DNA of 40,955 nt from Erysipelotrichaceae bacterium (lineage in GTDB: Bacteria > Bacillota_I > Bacilli_A > Erysipelotrichales > Erysipelotrichaceae): assembly GCA_017560205.1 (NCBI GenBank), contig JAFYOL010000025.1:1-40955 (forward strand), written 5' to 3'. The notes beneath the pieces are model-generated. The model saw only the letters and a list, made by a program, of their open reading frames with translations. It did not search any database and was not told where the DNA came from. A program made the translations under genes and the position numbers. This document shows, piece by piece, positions 15,964-24,240 of the stretch. The stretch's first letter is position 1; the number at the start of each line of letters is the position of its first letter.

Positions 15964-16405
15964 ATGTATTTCTATGGATTGTGTAGTTGGAACATTGTAT
16001 CTGTGTGAAACAGAGGGGTCAATTACACATATTACAAAAAAAACAATGCCTGTGACTGAAAGCAGCGAGGTGTTGGAAAAGTGCAGGAAACAGCTGATGG
16101 AGTATTTTAATCATCAGCGTAAACAATTCGATCTTCCGTTGTCATTATGTGGAACAGAGTTTCAAAAAGCAGTGTGGTCAGCTATGCAGAAGATTGAGTA
16201 TGGAGCATGTGTGAGTTATAAAAAGCTCGCTGAAATGGCAGGTTATCCAGGTGCTGTGCGTGCAGCAGGGACAGCCTGCGGTATAAATCCTATAGCGATT
16301 GTAATACCGTGTCATCGTGTGATTAAGGCAGATGGCAGTACGGGCAATTATGCGTGGGGATCAGAAATGAAACAGATTCTGATTGATTTGGAAAAAGGAG
16401 AATAA
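15956..16405 (+). CDS. ogt: Methylated-DNA--protein-cysteine methyltransferase
   Basis: 149 aa. The active site reads IPCHRVI, and the helix-turn-helix reads YKKLAEMAGYPGAVRAAGTACGINP. It overlaps the end of alr by 8 nt. Confidence 0.9.
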   Translation: MSRCISMDCVVGTLYLCETEGSITHITKKTMPVTESSEVLEKCRKQLMEYFNHQRKQFDLPLSLCGTEFQKAVWSAMQKIEYGACVSYKKLAEMAGYPGAVRAAGTACGINPIAIVIPCHRVIKADGSTGNYAWGSEMKQILIDLEKGE

Positions 16406-16408
16406 ATT

Positions 16409-17242
16409 ATGATGACTTGGTTGCAGACCATCATTTATGGAATCATTCAGGGGATTACAGAATGGCTTCCAATCAGTTCAACAGGGCATCTGCTTCTGGC
16501 GGATGAACTGATGCAGATGCAGGTGTTTGAGAATCCTGTACTGAATCAGGAGTTTTTAAATATGTTTTTCGTGGTGATTCAGTTTGGATCTATTCTGGCA
16601 GTATGCCTTTTGTATTTTCATAAACTGAATCCATTTTCACCTAAGAAAAATAAAACAGAAAAGAAAGATACACTTGCGCTGTGGGGCAAAGTGATTGTAG
16701 GATGTATTCCTGCAGGGATTGCCGGAATTCTGCTGGATGATGTGATTGATGCGTATCTGCATGGTCCAGTTGTGATTGCGATCATGTTGATTGTGTATGG
16801 TGTTCTGTTTCTTGTGATTGAAAATCAGAAGCGCAATGCGAAAGTCACTTCTTTTGCGGTGATGAGTTTCAAGACAGCTTTACTGATTGGATGCTGCCAG
16901 ATGCTAGCATTGATTCCAGGGACATCTCGTTCAGGGGCAACAATTTTAGGGGCTGTATTGATTGGATGTTCACGTGAAATCGCTGCAGAGTTTTCATTCT
17001 TCCTGGCTGTTCCTGTGATGGCAGGTGCATCTTTGTTGAAAGTGTTAAAGATGTTTAAAGCTGGTGTTGTGATGAATGCGCTGGGCTGGGGTGTTTTAGG
17101 TTTAGGTACTCTGGTTTCTTTTGTGGTTTCTGTTCTGGCAATTCGATTCTTGATGAGCTATATTCGCAAGAATGATTTCAAGGTCTTTGGAGTTTATCGT
17201 ATTGTCTTAGGTCTGATTATTTTGGCTGTGATGTTGTTTTAG
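16409..17242 (+). CDS. uppP: Undecaprenyl-diphosphate phosphatase
   Basis: 277 aa. It carries the BacA/UppP motifs GITEWLPISSTGHLLL and PGTSRSGATI. Confidence 0.9.
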   Translation: MMTWLQTIIYGIIQGITEWLPISSTGHLLLADELMQMQVFENPVLNQEFLNMFFVVIQFGSILAVCLLYFHKLNPFSPKKNKTEKKDTLALWGKVIVGCIPAGIAGILLDDVIDAYLHGPVVIAIMLIVYGVLFLVIENQKRNAKVTSFAVMSFKTALLIGCCQMLALIPGTSRSGATILGAVLIGCSREIAAEFSFFLAVPVMAGASLLKVLKMFKAGVVMNALGWGVLGLGTLVSFVVSVLAIRFLMSYIRKNDFKVFGVYRIVLGLIILAVMLF

Positions 17243-17251
17243 GGGGATTGT

Positions 17252-18409
17252 ATGAATCCGATTCTTGTTTTTGTTGAAGGGGTTCTGTCTTTTTTCTCAC
17301 CGTGTATTTTGCCATTGCTTCCAATCTATATGGGGTATTTGTCTTCAAATGCAAAAACGGTGGATGAAAATGGTCACATTGTCTATCGCAGAAGTTCAGT
17401 CTTGAAGTATACCATATGGTTTATTTTAGGTGTTTCATATACGTTCTTTCTGATGGCTTTTGCGGTAGCTAGTGCACGTAATGTGTTTGAAGCATATCAT
17501 GCGGAAATTACTTTGTTTGGGTCAGCTGTTGTCCTTTTGATGGGTTTGATTCAACTGGATGTGATTCGCATTCCATTTTTAATGCAGGATCATTCTTTGA
17601 TGCATAAGCTGAACCTGACTAAAATGAATGGTTTGACTGCCTTTTTGATGGGGTTTCTGTTCAGTTTTTCATGGACTCCATGCATTGGTCCATATTTGAC
17701 TTCCATTGTGATTATGGCAGCCAGCAGTGCTGATTCGCTGCAGGGAATCTTGTTGATTGGATGGTATGCGATTGGTTTTCTTGTGCCATTTCTGTGCTTA
17801 GGATTGTTTACTGCAGAAATGCTGCGTTTCTTTAAACAGAAACAAAGAGTATTTCAGTGGGCCATCAAGCTGGGTGGCATTATCCTGATTGTGATGGGCT
17901 GCTGGATGGGGATGCAGGCGATCAATGAATTGAAAAATGGTCAGGTAGTAGGTTCATCTTCACTTTCCTATGAAGAAAGAGAACTGAAGAATGAACAGGA
18001 TTTCATTCTTTATGATCAGTATGGTGCGATTCATCAGTTATCAGATTATGAAGGCAAGACTGTTGTGATCACATTTGGGGCAACCTGGTGCACATATTGT
18101 GTAATGGAAATGGATATGCTCAAAGAGACTTGGCAGGATGATCCAGATGTCGTGCATCTGATTGTCATGCAGCCAGGTGGTGAGGACATCAGCAAGGAAG
18201 AAATGATTGCCTGGGCTGCGGAACGAGGGTATGAATTCCCAGTTCTGTTTGATGAAGATGCTTCTGTCTTCTACAAATATGGTGTCAGCGGACTTCCTAC
18301 AAATTACTTTGTTTTTTCGACGGGTGAAATCCATGGCTATGTACCTGGTTATATGAATGCTGATCAGATGAAAGAAATTATTGATAGGACAAAAGCAGGA
18401 CCTCAGTAG
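17252..18409 (+). CDS. CcdA/DsbD-type thiol-disulfide transporter fused to a TlpA/ResA-like thioredoxin domain
   Basis: 385 aa. The N-terminal part has 6 predicted TM segments with FFSPCILPLLP and FSWTPCIGPYL. The C-terminal domain has FGATWCTYCVMEM (a CxxC motif). Confidence 0.8.
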   Translation: MNPILVFVEGVLSFFSPCILPLLPIYMGYLSSNAKTVDENGHIVYRRSSVLKYTIWFILGVSYTFFLMAFAVASARNVFEAYHAEITLFGSAVVLLMGLIQLDVIRIPFLMQDHSLMHKLNLTKMNGLTAFLMGFLFSFSWTPCIGPYLTSIVIMAASSADSLQGILLIGWYAIGFLVPFLCLGLFTAEMLRFFKQKQRVFQWAIKLGGIILIVMGCWMGMQAINELKNGQVVGSSSLSYEERELKNEQDFILYDQYGAIHQLSDYEGKTVVITFGATWCTYCVMEMDMLKETWQDDPDVVHLIVMQPGGEDISKEEMIAWAAERGYEFPVLFDEDASVFYKYGVSGLPTNYFVFSTGEIHGYVPGYMNADQMKEIIDRTKAGPQ

Positions 18410-18454
18410 AGGTCCTTTAATTTGTGAAAATGGTCACGTGTACTGATTAAAAGA

Positions 18455-18483
18455 TTGTATTGACTATAAGAGAGTGTTATAAT
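18455..18483 (+). promoter_or_regulatory. Promoter of pgk-tpiA
   Basis: TTGTAT (18455..18460), a 17-nt spacer, then TGtTATAAT (TATAAT at 18478..18483). Confidence 0.65.
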
Positions 18484-18509
18484 TATATAGCTAATAGGAG
18501 GATAAATTC

Positions 18510-19706
18510 ATGGCAAAAAGAACTGTAAAAGACCTTGATGTCAGAGGAAAAAAAGTAATTGTACGCGTTGACTTCAACGTACCTCTGAAAGATGGGAAAA
18601 TCACAAATGACAACCGTATTCAGGCTGCATTACCAACAATCAACTACTTGATTGAAAACGGAGCACGTATCATCCTGATGTCACACCTTGGTAAGATCGA
18701 TCACAAGGATCCTGAAAAGAAGGAAGCTGGCATGAAGAAGAACAACATGGCTCCAGTTGCAGTAAGACTGGCTGAAGTTGTTGATACAAAGGTAACATTC
18801 GTACCTGTAACTCGTGGTCCTGAACTGGAAGAAGCTGTTGCAGCTTTGAATGATGGTGAAATCGTACTGATTCAGAACACTCGTTACGAAAAGGGTGAAA
18901 GCAAGAACGATCCAGAACTGGCTGCTTACTGGGCAAGCCTGGCAGATATGTTCGTATCTGATGCATTCGGTTCTGTACACAGAGCTCATGCTTCAACTGT
19001 AGGTGTAGCTGAAAGACTGCCAAACGCATGCGGTTTCCTCGTTCAGAAGGAAGTTGAAATGCTGGGTAAGGCTGTAGATACTCCAGAACGTCCATTCGTT
19101 GCGATTATCGGTGGTGCTAAAGTATCTGATAAGATCGCTGTAATCGATAACCTGCTGAAGAAGGCTGACAAAGTCATCATCGGTGGTGGTATGGCTTACA
19201 CATTCATGAAGGCTCAGGGTGGAGAAATTGGTACTTCTCTGCTGGAAGCTGATCGTGTTGAACTGGCTAAGGAATATCTGGAAAAGGCTGGCGATCAGAT
19301 TGTTCTGCCTGTAGATAACGTATGTGCAGACAAGTTCGCTGAAGATGCAAACACTCAGGTTTGCAAGTCTGGTCAGATTCCTGAAGGTTGGATGGGTCTG
19401 GACATCGGTCCTGAAACAATCGAACTGTTCAGAAAGACTCTGGAAGGCGCTAAGACTGTTGTATGGAACGGTCCAATGGGCGTATTCGAAATGGCTCCAT
19501 TTGCAGTTGGTACAAACGAAGTGTGCAAGGCTATTTCTGAACTGCCGGGTGCTACAACTGTAATCGGTGGTGGTGACTCTGCTGCTGCTGCAATTCAGCT
19601 GGGTTACAAGGAAAAGTTCTCTCACATCTCTACAGGTGGCGGAGCTTCTCTGGAATACATGGAAGGTAAAGAACTGCCAGGTATCGCAGTCATCGGTGAC
19701 AAATAA
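18510..19706 (+). CDS. pgk: Phosphoglycerate kinase
   Basis: 398 aa. [37 protein letters not shown] is the Pgk signature. AGGAGG RBS. Confidence 0.95.
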   Translation: MAKRTVKDLDVRGKKVIVRVDFNVPLKDGKITNDNRIQAALPTINYLIENGARIILMSHLGKIDHKDPEKKEAGMKKNNMAPVAVRLAEVVDTKVTFVPVTRGPELEEAVAALNDGEIVLIQNTRYEKGESKNDPELAAYWASLADMFVSDAFGSVHRAHASTVGVAERLPNACGFLVQKEVEMLGKAVDTPERPFVAIIGGAKVSDKIAVIDNLLKKADKVIIGGGMAYTFMKAQGGEIGTSLLEADRVELAKEYLEKAGDQIVLPVDNVCADKFAEDANTQVCKSGQIPEGWMGLDIGPETIELFRKTLEGAKTVVWNGPMGVFEMAPFAVGTNEVCKAISELPGATTVIGGGDSAAAAIQLGYKEKFSHISTGGGASLEYMEGKELPGIAVIGDK

Positions 19707-20449
19707 TGAGAAAGCCTATTATTGTTGGAAACTGGAAAATGAATAAAACTTGTGCTGAAACAGTTGCTTTCATCGAAGCAATTGAACCAGTACTGCATGA
19801 TGGCGCTACATTTGGTGTAGGCGCTCCATTCACTGCGCTGAAGGATGCTTGTGCAACTGCTAAGAATCTGGTGATCGCAGCTGAAAACTGCCATTACAAA
19901 GACAATGGTGCATACACTGGTGAAGTATCAGTGCCTATGCTGGAAGAACTGGGTGTAACTCACGTTATTATCGGTCATTCAGAACGTCGTCAGATGTTTG
20001 GTGAAAACGATGAAGAGCTCAACCTGAAGGCAAAGAGACTGTTTGCAGCTGGTATGACTCCAATCTTCTGTATTGGTGAAACAGAAGCTCAGTATGATGC
20101 TGGTGAAACTGAAAACGTAATCCGCACTCAGCTGGCTGCTGGTCTGAAGGATCTGTGCCCTAAGTGTGTATCTAAGATGGTTATCGCTTATGAACCAATC
20201 TGGGCTATCGGTACAGGTAAGTCAGCAACTAAGGAAATCGCTCAGAACTGCTGCGCAATCGTACGTGACCAGGTTCGTGTTATGTATGGTGAAGAAGCTG
20301 CTAATGCAGTACGCGTTCAGTACGGTGGATCTGTAAAGCCTGAAAACATCAAGGAATACATGGCTTGCGAAGACATCGATGGTGCTCTGATCGGTGGAGC
20401 TTCTCTGAAAGTTGATTCATTCACTCAGATTATTGAAGCTGTTAAATAA
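19706..20449 (+). CDS. tpiA: Triosephosphate isomerase
   Basis: 247 aa. It carries [21 protein letters not shown] and AYEPIWAIGTG. The start overlaps the pgk stop (TAATG). Confidence 0.95.
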   Translation: MRKPIIVGNWKMNKTCAETVAFIEAIEPVLHDGATFGVGAPFTALKDACATAKNLVIAAENCHYKDNGAYTGEVSVPMLEELGVTHVIIGHSERRQMFGENDEELNLKAKRLFAAGMTPIFCIGETEAQYDAGETENVIRTQLAAGLKDLCPKCVSKMVIAYEPIWAIGTGKSATKEIAQNCCAIVRDQVRVMYGEEAANAVRVQYGGSVKPENIKEYMACEDIDGALIGGASLKVDSFTQIIEAVK

Positions 20450-20503
20450 ATCGACAAATTTCTTTCAACTCATTGGCTATGATACTGATGAGGGGGGATT
20501 TGA

Positions 20504-20623
20504 ATGATTTTTGATTCAAACAACATGAAAGATGTGATGATTTATCTTCAAAGCTATCTTCCATGGTGTCTGATTCTAACAGGTTTCCTGATTAGAAAAA
20601 TTCAAGTTCACAAAACAAGGTGA
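20504..20623 (+). CDS. Possible 39-aa small membrane protein
   Basis: The ATG is preceded by GAGGGGGG at 7 nt spacing. My translation is MIFDSNNMKDVMIYLQSYLPWCLILTGFLIRKIQVHKTR, with one hydrophobic helix and a basic tail. The stop codon lies inside the operon terminator. It is below the ORF-track size cutoff. Confidence 0.35.
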   Translation: MIFDSNNMKDVMIYLQSYLPWCLILTGFLIRKIQVHKTR

Positions 20624-20643
20624 CCAGAAATGGTCACCTTTTT
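20617..20643 (+). terminator. Intrinsic terminator of the pgk-tpiA unit
   Basis: AAGGTGACCA-GAAA-TGGTCACCTT forms a 10-bp stem followed by TTTTC. Confidence 0.85.
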
Positions 20644-20652
20644 CTATGGTTG

Positions 20653-20679
20653 AAAAAAGGTTTGTCTAAGACAAACCTT
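20653..20679 (-). terminator. Intrinsic terminator of the ATP-grasp gene
   Basis: AAGGTTTGTC-TAA-GACAAACCTT forms a 10-bp stem followed by TTTTTT on the minus strand. It overlaps the stop codon. Confidence 0.85.
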
Positions 20680-21862
20680 ATCTTTCCAGAATTGTATTCA
20701 TGATTTCGAGCATTCTTTCTTCAGTTTCTGCTCTGAAAATGAATGTGTGATCTCCCATTGCTGCAGCAAGCACTTCAGGAACATCCAGATCCATCATGAT
20801 ATGTTCATGGAACATTTCACGAATCTGATCATAGTTGTACTTATAGTGATTTTCTTTCTTTCTGCCTGCATAGCCGACAGAATATTTGCGTTCATATTTT
20901 CTTGTAGTTGTGTCTGTTACCAGCATTTCTGCCCACATATCATAGACATCGACATCACAAGCCCAGTTCAGCATATCTGGCATATAAGCACCAGGAGCTC
21001 TCATGTTGACCTCAAGGCCAAGCAGATCGCCTTTTTTACCAAGTCCTGGTTTATCTTCATCCAGACGGAAGAATTCAAAATGGAAATAACGTGAACGTGT
21101 ATCGAAAGCTTCAACAGTACGCTTACCTACTTCATACAGGTCCATACCTTCAATTTTCTGTGAATGGAACAAGGCATCTGCAGCTTCATTCACTGTATCC
21201 ATAATCGAAACCATCATTTTATGACTTGAACAAATCAGAATTTCCTTCTTTGAGTTTGTGATACCATCAAATGTTTCAACATGACCTGGTACAAATTCTT
21301 CCATGACAAACTGTACATCAGGTTTTGTCATATAGAAGAAGTCAAATTCTTCTTTGTTTCTCAGTTTATATGTAGCAATCGCTCCAACACCATTGTCTGG
21401 TTTTACGACAACTGGATAACCAACTTCATTTAAAAATTCAAGACATCCATCATAGTCATTGACCATATGATAACGACATGCCTTAATACCTGCTTTTTCA
21501 TAAACAGCTTTCATCTTTGACTTGTATTTCATGCAAGCCATATCAGAAATCTTAGTGCCTGTTGTAACATTGAACTCTTCACGAAGCGCTGCTTCTGTTT
21601 CCAGCCAGTATTCATTTTCTGATTCAATCCAGTCAATCTTTCCGTATTTATAAGCGAAGAAAGCTACCGCACGGTATACTTCATCAAAGTCTTCCAGAGA
21701 GTTGACTTTATAGTACTCTGTTAAAGATTGTTTGCATTCGTCAGAGATAAAATCATATGAAGCATCACCGATACCGAGGACGTTGACACCTCTTTTTTTC
21801 AGTCGATCACAGAAATTCCAGTAGTAAAGAGGAAAGTGTGGTGAAATAAAAATAACGTTCAT
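20678..21862 (-). CDS. ATP-grasp domain protein of unknown substrate
   Basis: 394 aa. The central region ...GYPVVVKPDNGVGAIATYKLRNKEEF...VMEEFVPGHVETFDG...GLEVNMRAPG... matches the ATP-grasp fold elements. No adjacent ligase partner or substrate gene is evident. Confidence 0.7.
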   Translation of the reverse strand: MNVIFISPHFPLYYWNFCDRLKKRGVNVLGIGDASYDFISDECKQSLTEYYKVNSLEDFDEVYRAVAFFAYKYGKIDWIESENEYWLETEAALREEFNVTTGTKISDMACMKYKSKMKAVYEKAGIKACRYHMVNDYDGCLEFLNEVGYPVVVKPDNGVGAIATYKLRNKEEFDFFYMTKPDVQFVMEEFVPGHVETFDGITNSKKEILICSSHKMMVSIMDTVNEAADALFHSQKIEGMDLYEVGKRTVEAFDTRSRYFHFEFFRLDEDKPGLGKKGDLLGLEVNMRAPGAYMPDMLNWACDVDVYDMWAEMLVTDTTTRKYERKYSVGYAGRKKENHYKYNYDQIREMFHEHIMMDLDVPEVLAAAMGDHTFIFRAETEERMLEIMNTILER

Positions 21863-21902
21863 GGTGATTCTCCTATCTTATTTTGTTTATTATATCACAA
21901 TC

Positions 21903-21930
21903 AAAAGAAAAATGCGCTGTTTAGCGCATT
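21903..21930 (-). terminator. Intrinsic terminator of the nucleoside phosphorylase gene
   Basis: AATGCGCT-GTTT-AGCGCATT is followed on the minus strand by TTTTTCTTTT. It overlaps the stop codon. Confidence 0.75.
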
Positions 21931-22649
21931 TCATCTTTTTTAATCAGAAGTCTTACTGCATCACATGCGGTCTGGATTGTTTCATTCATGTCTTTCCAGT
22001 TCATGATCGCTGATGCACGTTTACCACGGATGCTGCAGATGACAAACAGTGCTGCACATTCCATTTCTGAGCAGACAACATTGCCTCTCTGCCATGCTTT
22101 CCATCTCATCTTCAGTTGATCAGCCAATGGACAGCTGTCAGGATCAACTTCTCCAAAGAAAGAGTCTTTCGAGTGTGTGATGCCTTCCAGGAAGTTTCTG
22201 TTTCTGTTTTCAGCAGCAGTTGCCAAAGCATCCACAACATGACGGTCAGCGACTGCAGGATATTCAATTGGAATATACTGACTTGATGTACCTTCATCAC
22301 GTACTGCAGCAGTAACAATAGCTCCATCGTATTTCTGATTGTCTTCAGGGTCTTTCACAGTACCTGCAGTACCAATACGAATAAATGTGTCTGCACCGAC
22401 TTTGATCAGTTCTTCTACTGCAATGGCAGTGGATGGACATCCCATACCTGTTGAAGTTACAGAGACTTTAACGCCATCCAGTGTACCTGTCCATGTCTTA
22501 TGTTCACGGTTGTGTGCTACAAGTTTGGCATCATCCAGAAAACTTGCAATCAGATCAGTTCTGAAAGGGTCTCCTGGCAGAAAAACATATCGTCCAACAT
22601 CACCTTTTTTTAAATGAGTGTGATACATCAATTCATCATTATGTTCCAT
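21921..22649 (-). CDS. udp: Nucleoside phosphorylase, uridine phosphorylase-like (PNP_UDP_1 family)
   Basis: 242 aa. LPGDPFRTDLIA...HNREHKTWTGTLDGVKVSVTSTGMGCPSTAIAVEELIKVGADTFIRIGTAGT parallels the Udp core. The EMECAAL motif is present. Confidence 0.65.
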   Translation of the reverse strand: MEHNDELMYHTHLKKGDVGRYVFLPGDPFRTDLIASFLDDAKLVAHNREHKTWTGTLDGVKVSVTSTGMGCPSTAIAVEELIKVGADTFIRIGTAGTVKDPEDNQKYDGAIVTAAVRDEGTSSQYIPIEYPAVADRHVVDALATAAENRNRNFLEGITHSKDSFFGEVDPDSCPLADQLKMRWKAWQRGNVVCSEMECAALFVICSIRGKRASAIMNWKDMNETIQTACDAVRLLIKKDEMR

Positions 22650-22764
22650 GTGTTCCTCCTGTGAATGAATCTTTTATATCATCTATTATAACTTAAATTT
22701 CTGGTGTATGCAGTTGAAAAAAAGGTTAAATCCAGTACAATTAATATTTATATGGAGAATGAAC

Positions 22765-24150
22765 ATGAAACGATTTTTTGTAAAGGATAAACAGTTTTAT
22801 CTGCTGGTGCTCTCATTTGCATTACCTGTAGCGATGCAGCAGATGATTAATTTAGGAGTTAATCTGGCTGACCAGATTATGATTGGAAGTTTTGGTGAAA
22901 CTCAGATTTCTGCCTGTTCACTGGCTAATCAGTTTTATTTCATCTACAACATTTTGTGTCTAGGGATCAGTGGCGGAGCCTGTGTCTTGACTGCACAGTA
23001 TTGGGGTGCAGGGAATGCAAAGCGCGTAAAACAGACAACGACATTGGCACTTTGGCTGGCTATTGGTCTGTCTGTGCTGTTTTCAGTGCTTTCTCTGGTG
23101 TGTCCTGAAACCATCATGTCTTTTTATACAACTGATGCAGCTGTCATGGCATGTGGTGCAAAGTATCTGAAGATTATGGCGTTTGTCTATCTGATTCATG
23201 GTACAGCGATTATTGCGGTATCTGTTTTAAGAACGGTTGGTGTGATTAAGCTGGGTCTGTTTATTTCTGTTGTTTCCTTCTTTGTGAACATCTTTTTCAA
23301 CTATGTGTTCATTTTTGGTAAGTTTGGATTTCCTCGTCTTGAAATTGCAGGGGCAGCTGTGGGGACATTGATTGCCCGTGCTGTCGAATTTGCGATTACG
23401 TTTGGTTATCTGATGGTTGTTGAAAAGAACCTGAAGTATCGTCTGAAAGATCTGTTTGTGAAGATTGATCAGGCCTTGATGAAAGAATACATTACCATTG
23501 GATCTCCTGTGATTGTCAGTGATGGTCTATTGACATTTGGAAACAATGCTCTGGCTATGATTATGGGACATATGGGTCCAAGTATGGTTTCTGCCTATGC
23601 CATCTGCAATGTCACCGTTCAGATCAGTACTGTCTTTATCAATGGTATTTCAGCATCAAGTTCAGTGATTACAGGTAACACCATCGGCAAGGGTGAAACC
23701 GAAAAAGCGTTGAATCAGGGATATACATTCTTTGCGCTCAGTGTGATTGTCGGTATTTTAGGTGCTGGTATCATCTGGATAATCAATCCATTGATTATCA
23801 GTTTCTACAACATTACACCTGAAACTGTTGAAGTGACCAATCAGCTGATGAGTGCAGTTGAACTGATTGTCATCTTCCAGTGCATTCAGGGAGTTATGAC
23901 CAAGGGTGTGCTTCGTGGTGGTGGAGATACGAAATTCTTGATGATGGCGGATATTCTGTTTTTGTGGGTAGCATCCATTCCACTTGGATTTTTGACGGGA
24001 CTGGTATGGAATATGTCACCGTTTATTGTGTATATCTGTTTAAGAATTGACTTTGTGATCAAATCAGTCTGGTGTGTTCATCGTCTGCAGTCAGGGAAAT
24101 GGATTCGTAAAGCGAAATTGATTGAAGAAACTAAAATGGCATCTGCATGA
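22765..24150 (+). CDS. MATE family efflux transporter
   Basis: The ORF track gives 22708..24150. The ATG at 22765 (MKRFFVKDK...) follows GGAGA at 6 nt. It has about 12 predicted TM segments and MatE repeats (ALPVAMQQMINLGVNLADQIMIG). Confidence 0.85.
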   Translation: MKRFFVKDKQFYLLVLSFALPVAMQQMINLGVNLADQIMIGSFGETQISACSLANQFYFIYNILCLGISGGACVLTAQYWGAGNAKRVKQTTTLALWLAIGLSVLFSVLSLVCPETIMSFYTTDAAVMACGAKYLKIMAFVYLIHGTAIIAVSVLRTVGVIKLGLFISVVSFFVNIFFNYVFIFGKFGFPRLEIAGAAVGTLIARAVEFAITFGYLMVVEKNLKYRLKDLFVKIDQALMKEYITIGSPVIVSDGLLTFGNNALAMIMGHMGPSMVSAYAICNVTVQISTVFINGISASSSVITGNTIGKGETEKALNQGYTFFALSVIVGILGAGIIWIINPLIISFYNITPETVEVTNQLMSAVELIVIFQCIQGVMTKGVLRGGGDTKFLMMADILFLWVASIPLGFLTGLVWNMSPFIVYICLRIDFVIKSVWCVHRLQSGKWIRKAKLIEETKMASA

Positions 24151-24166
24151 TGCCATTTTCTTTTTG
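24133..24166 (+). terminator. Intrinsic terminator
   Basis: AAAATGGCAT-CTGCATG-ATGCCATTTT is followed by CTTTTT. It contains the stop codon. Confidence 0.75.
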
Positions 24167-24240
24167 TGAAATTATTAATTTTAGTAAGATATTTGAACAC
24201 AGAAGTGATACAATGAAGGCAACAAAGAGAGGGTTATCTT

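Noticed and set aside
18670-19894. Long antisense ORFs inside pgk and tpiA (141, 102, 210 and 90 aa on the minus strand).
   Set aside because: The plus-strand products are unmistakable Pgk and TpiA. The antisense frames have no RBS and give low-complexity, Cys/Ser/Phe-rich translations. Long stop-free antisense frames are a known by-product of strong codon bias in highly expressed genes.
18410-20449. pgk-tpiA detached from gapA upstream and gpmI-eno downstream as an anomaly.
   Set aside because: The pair has its own good promoter and terminator. Split glycolytic operons are common in Bacillota, so this is not informative by itself.
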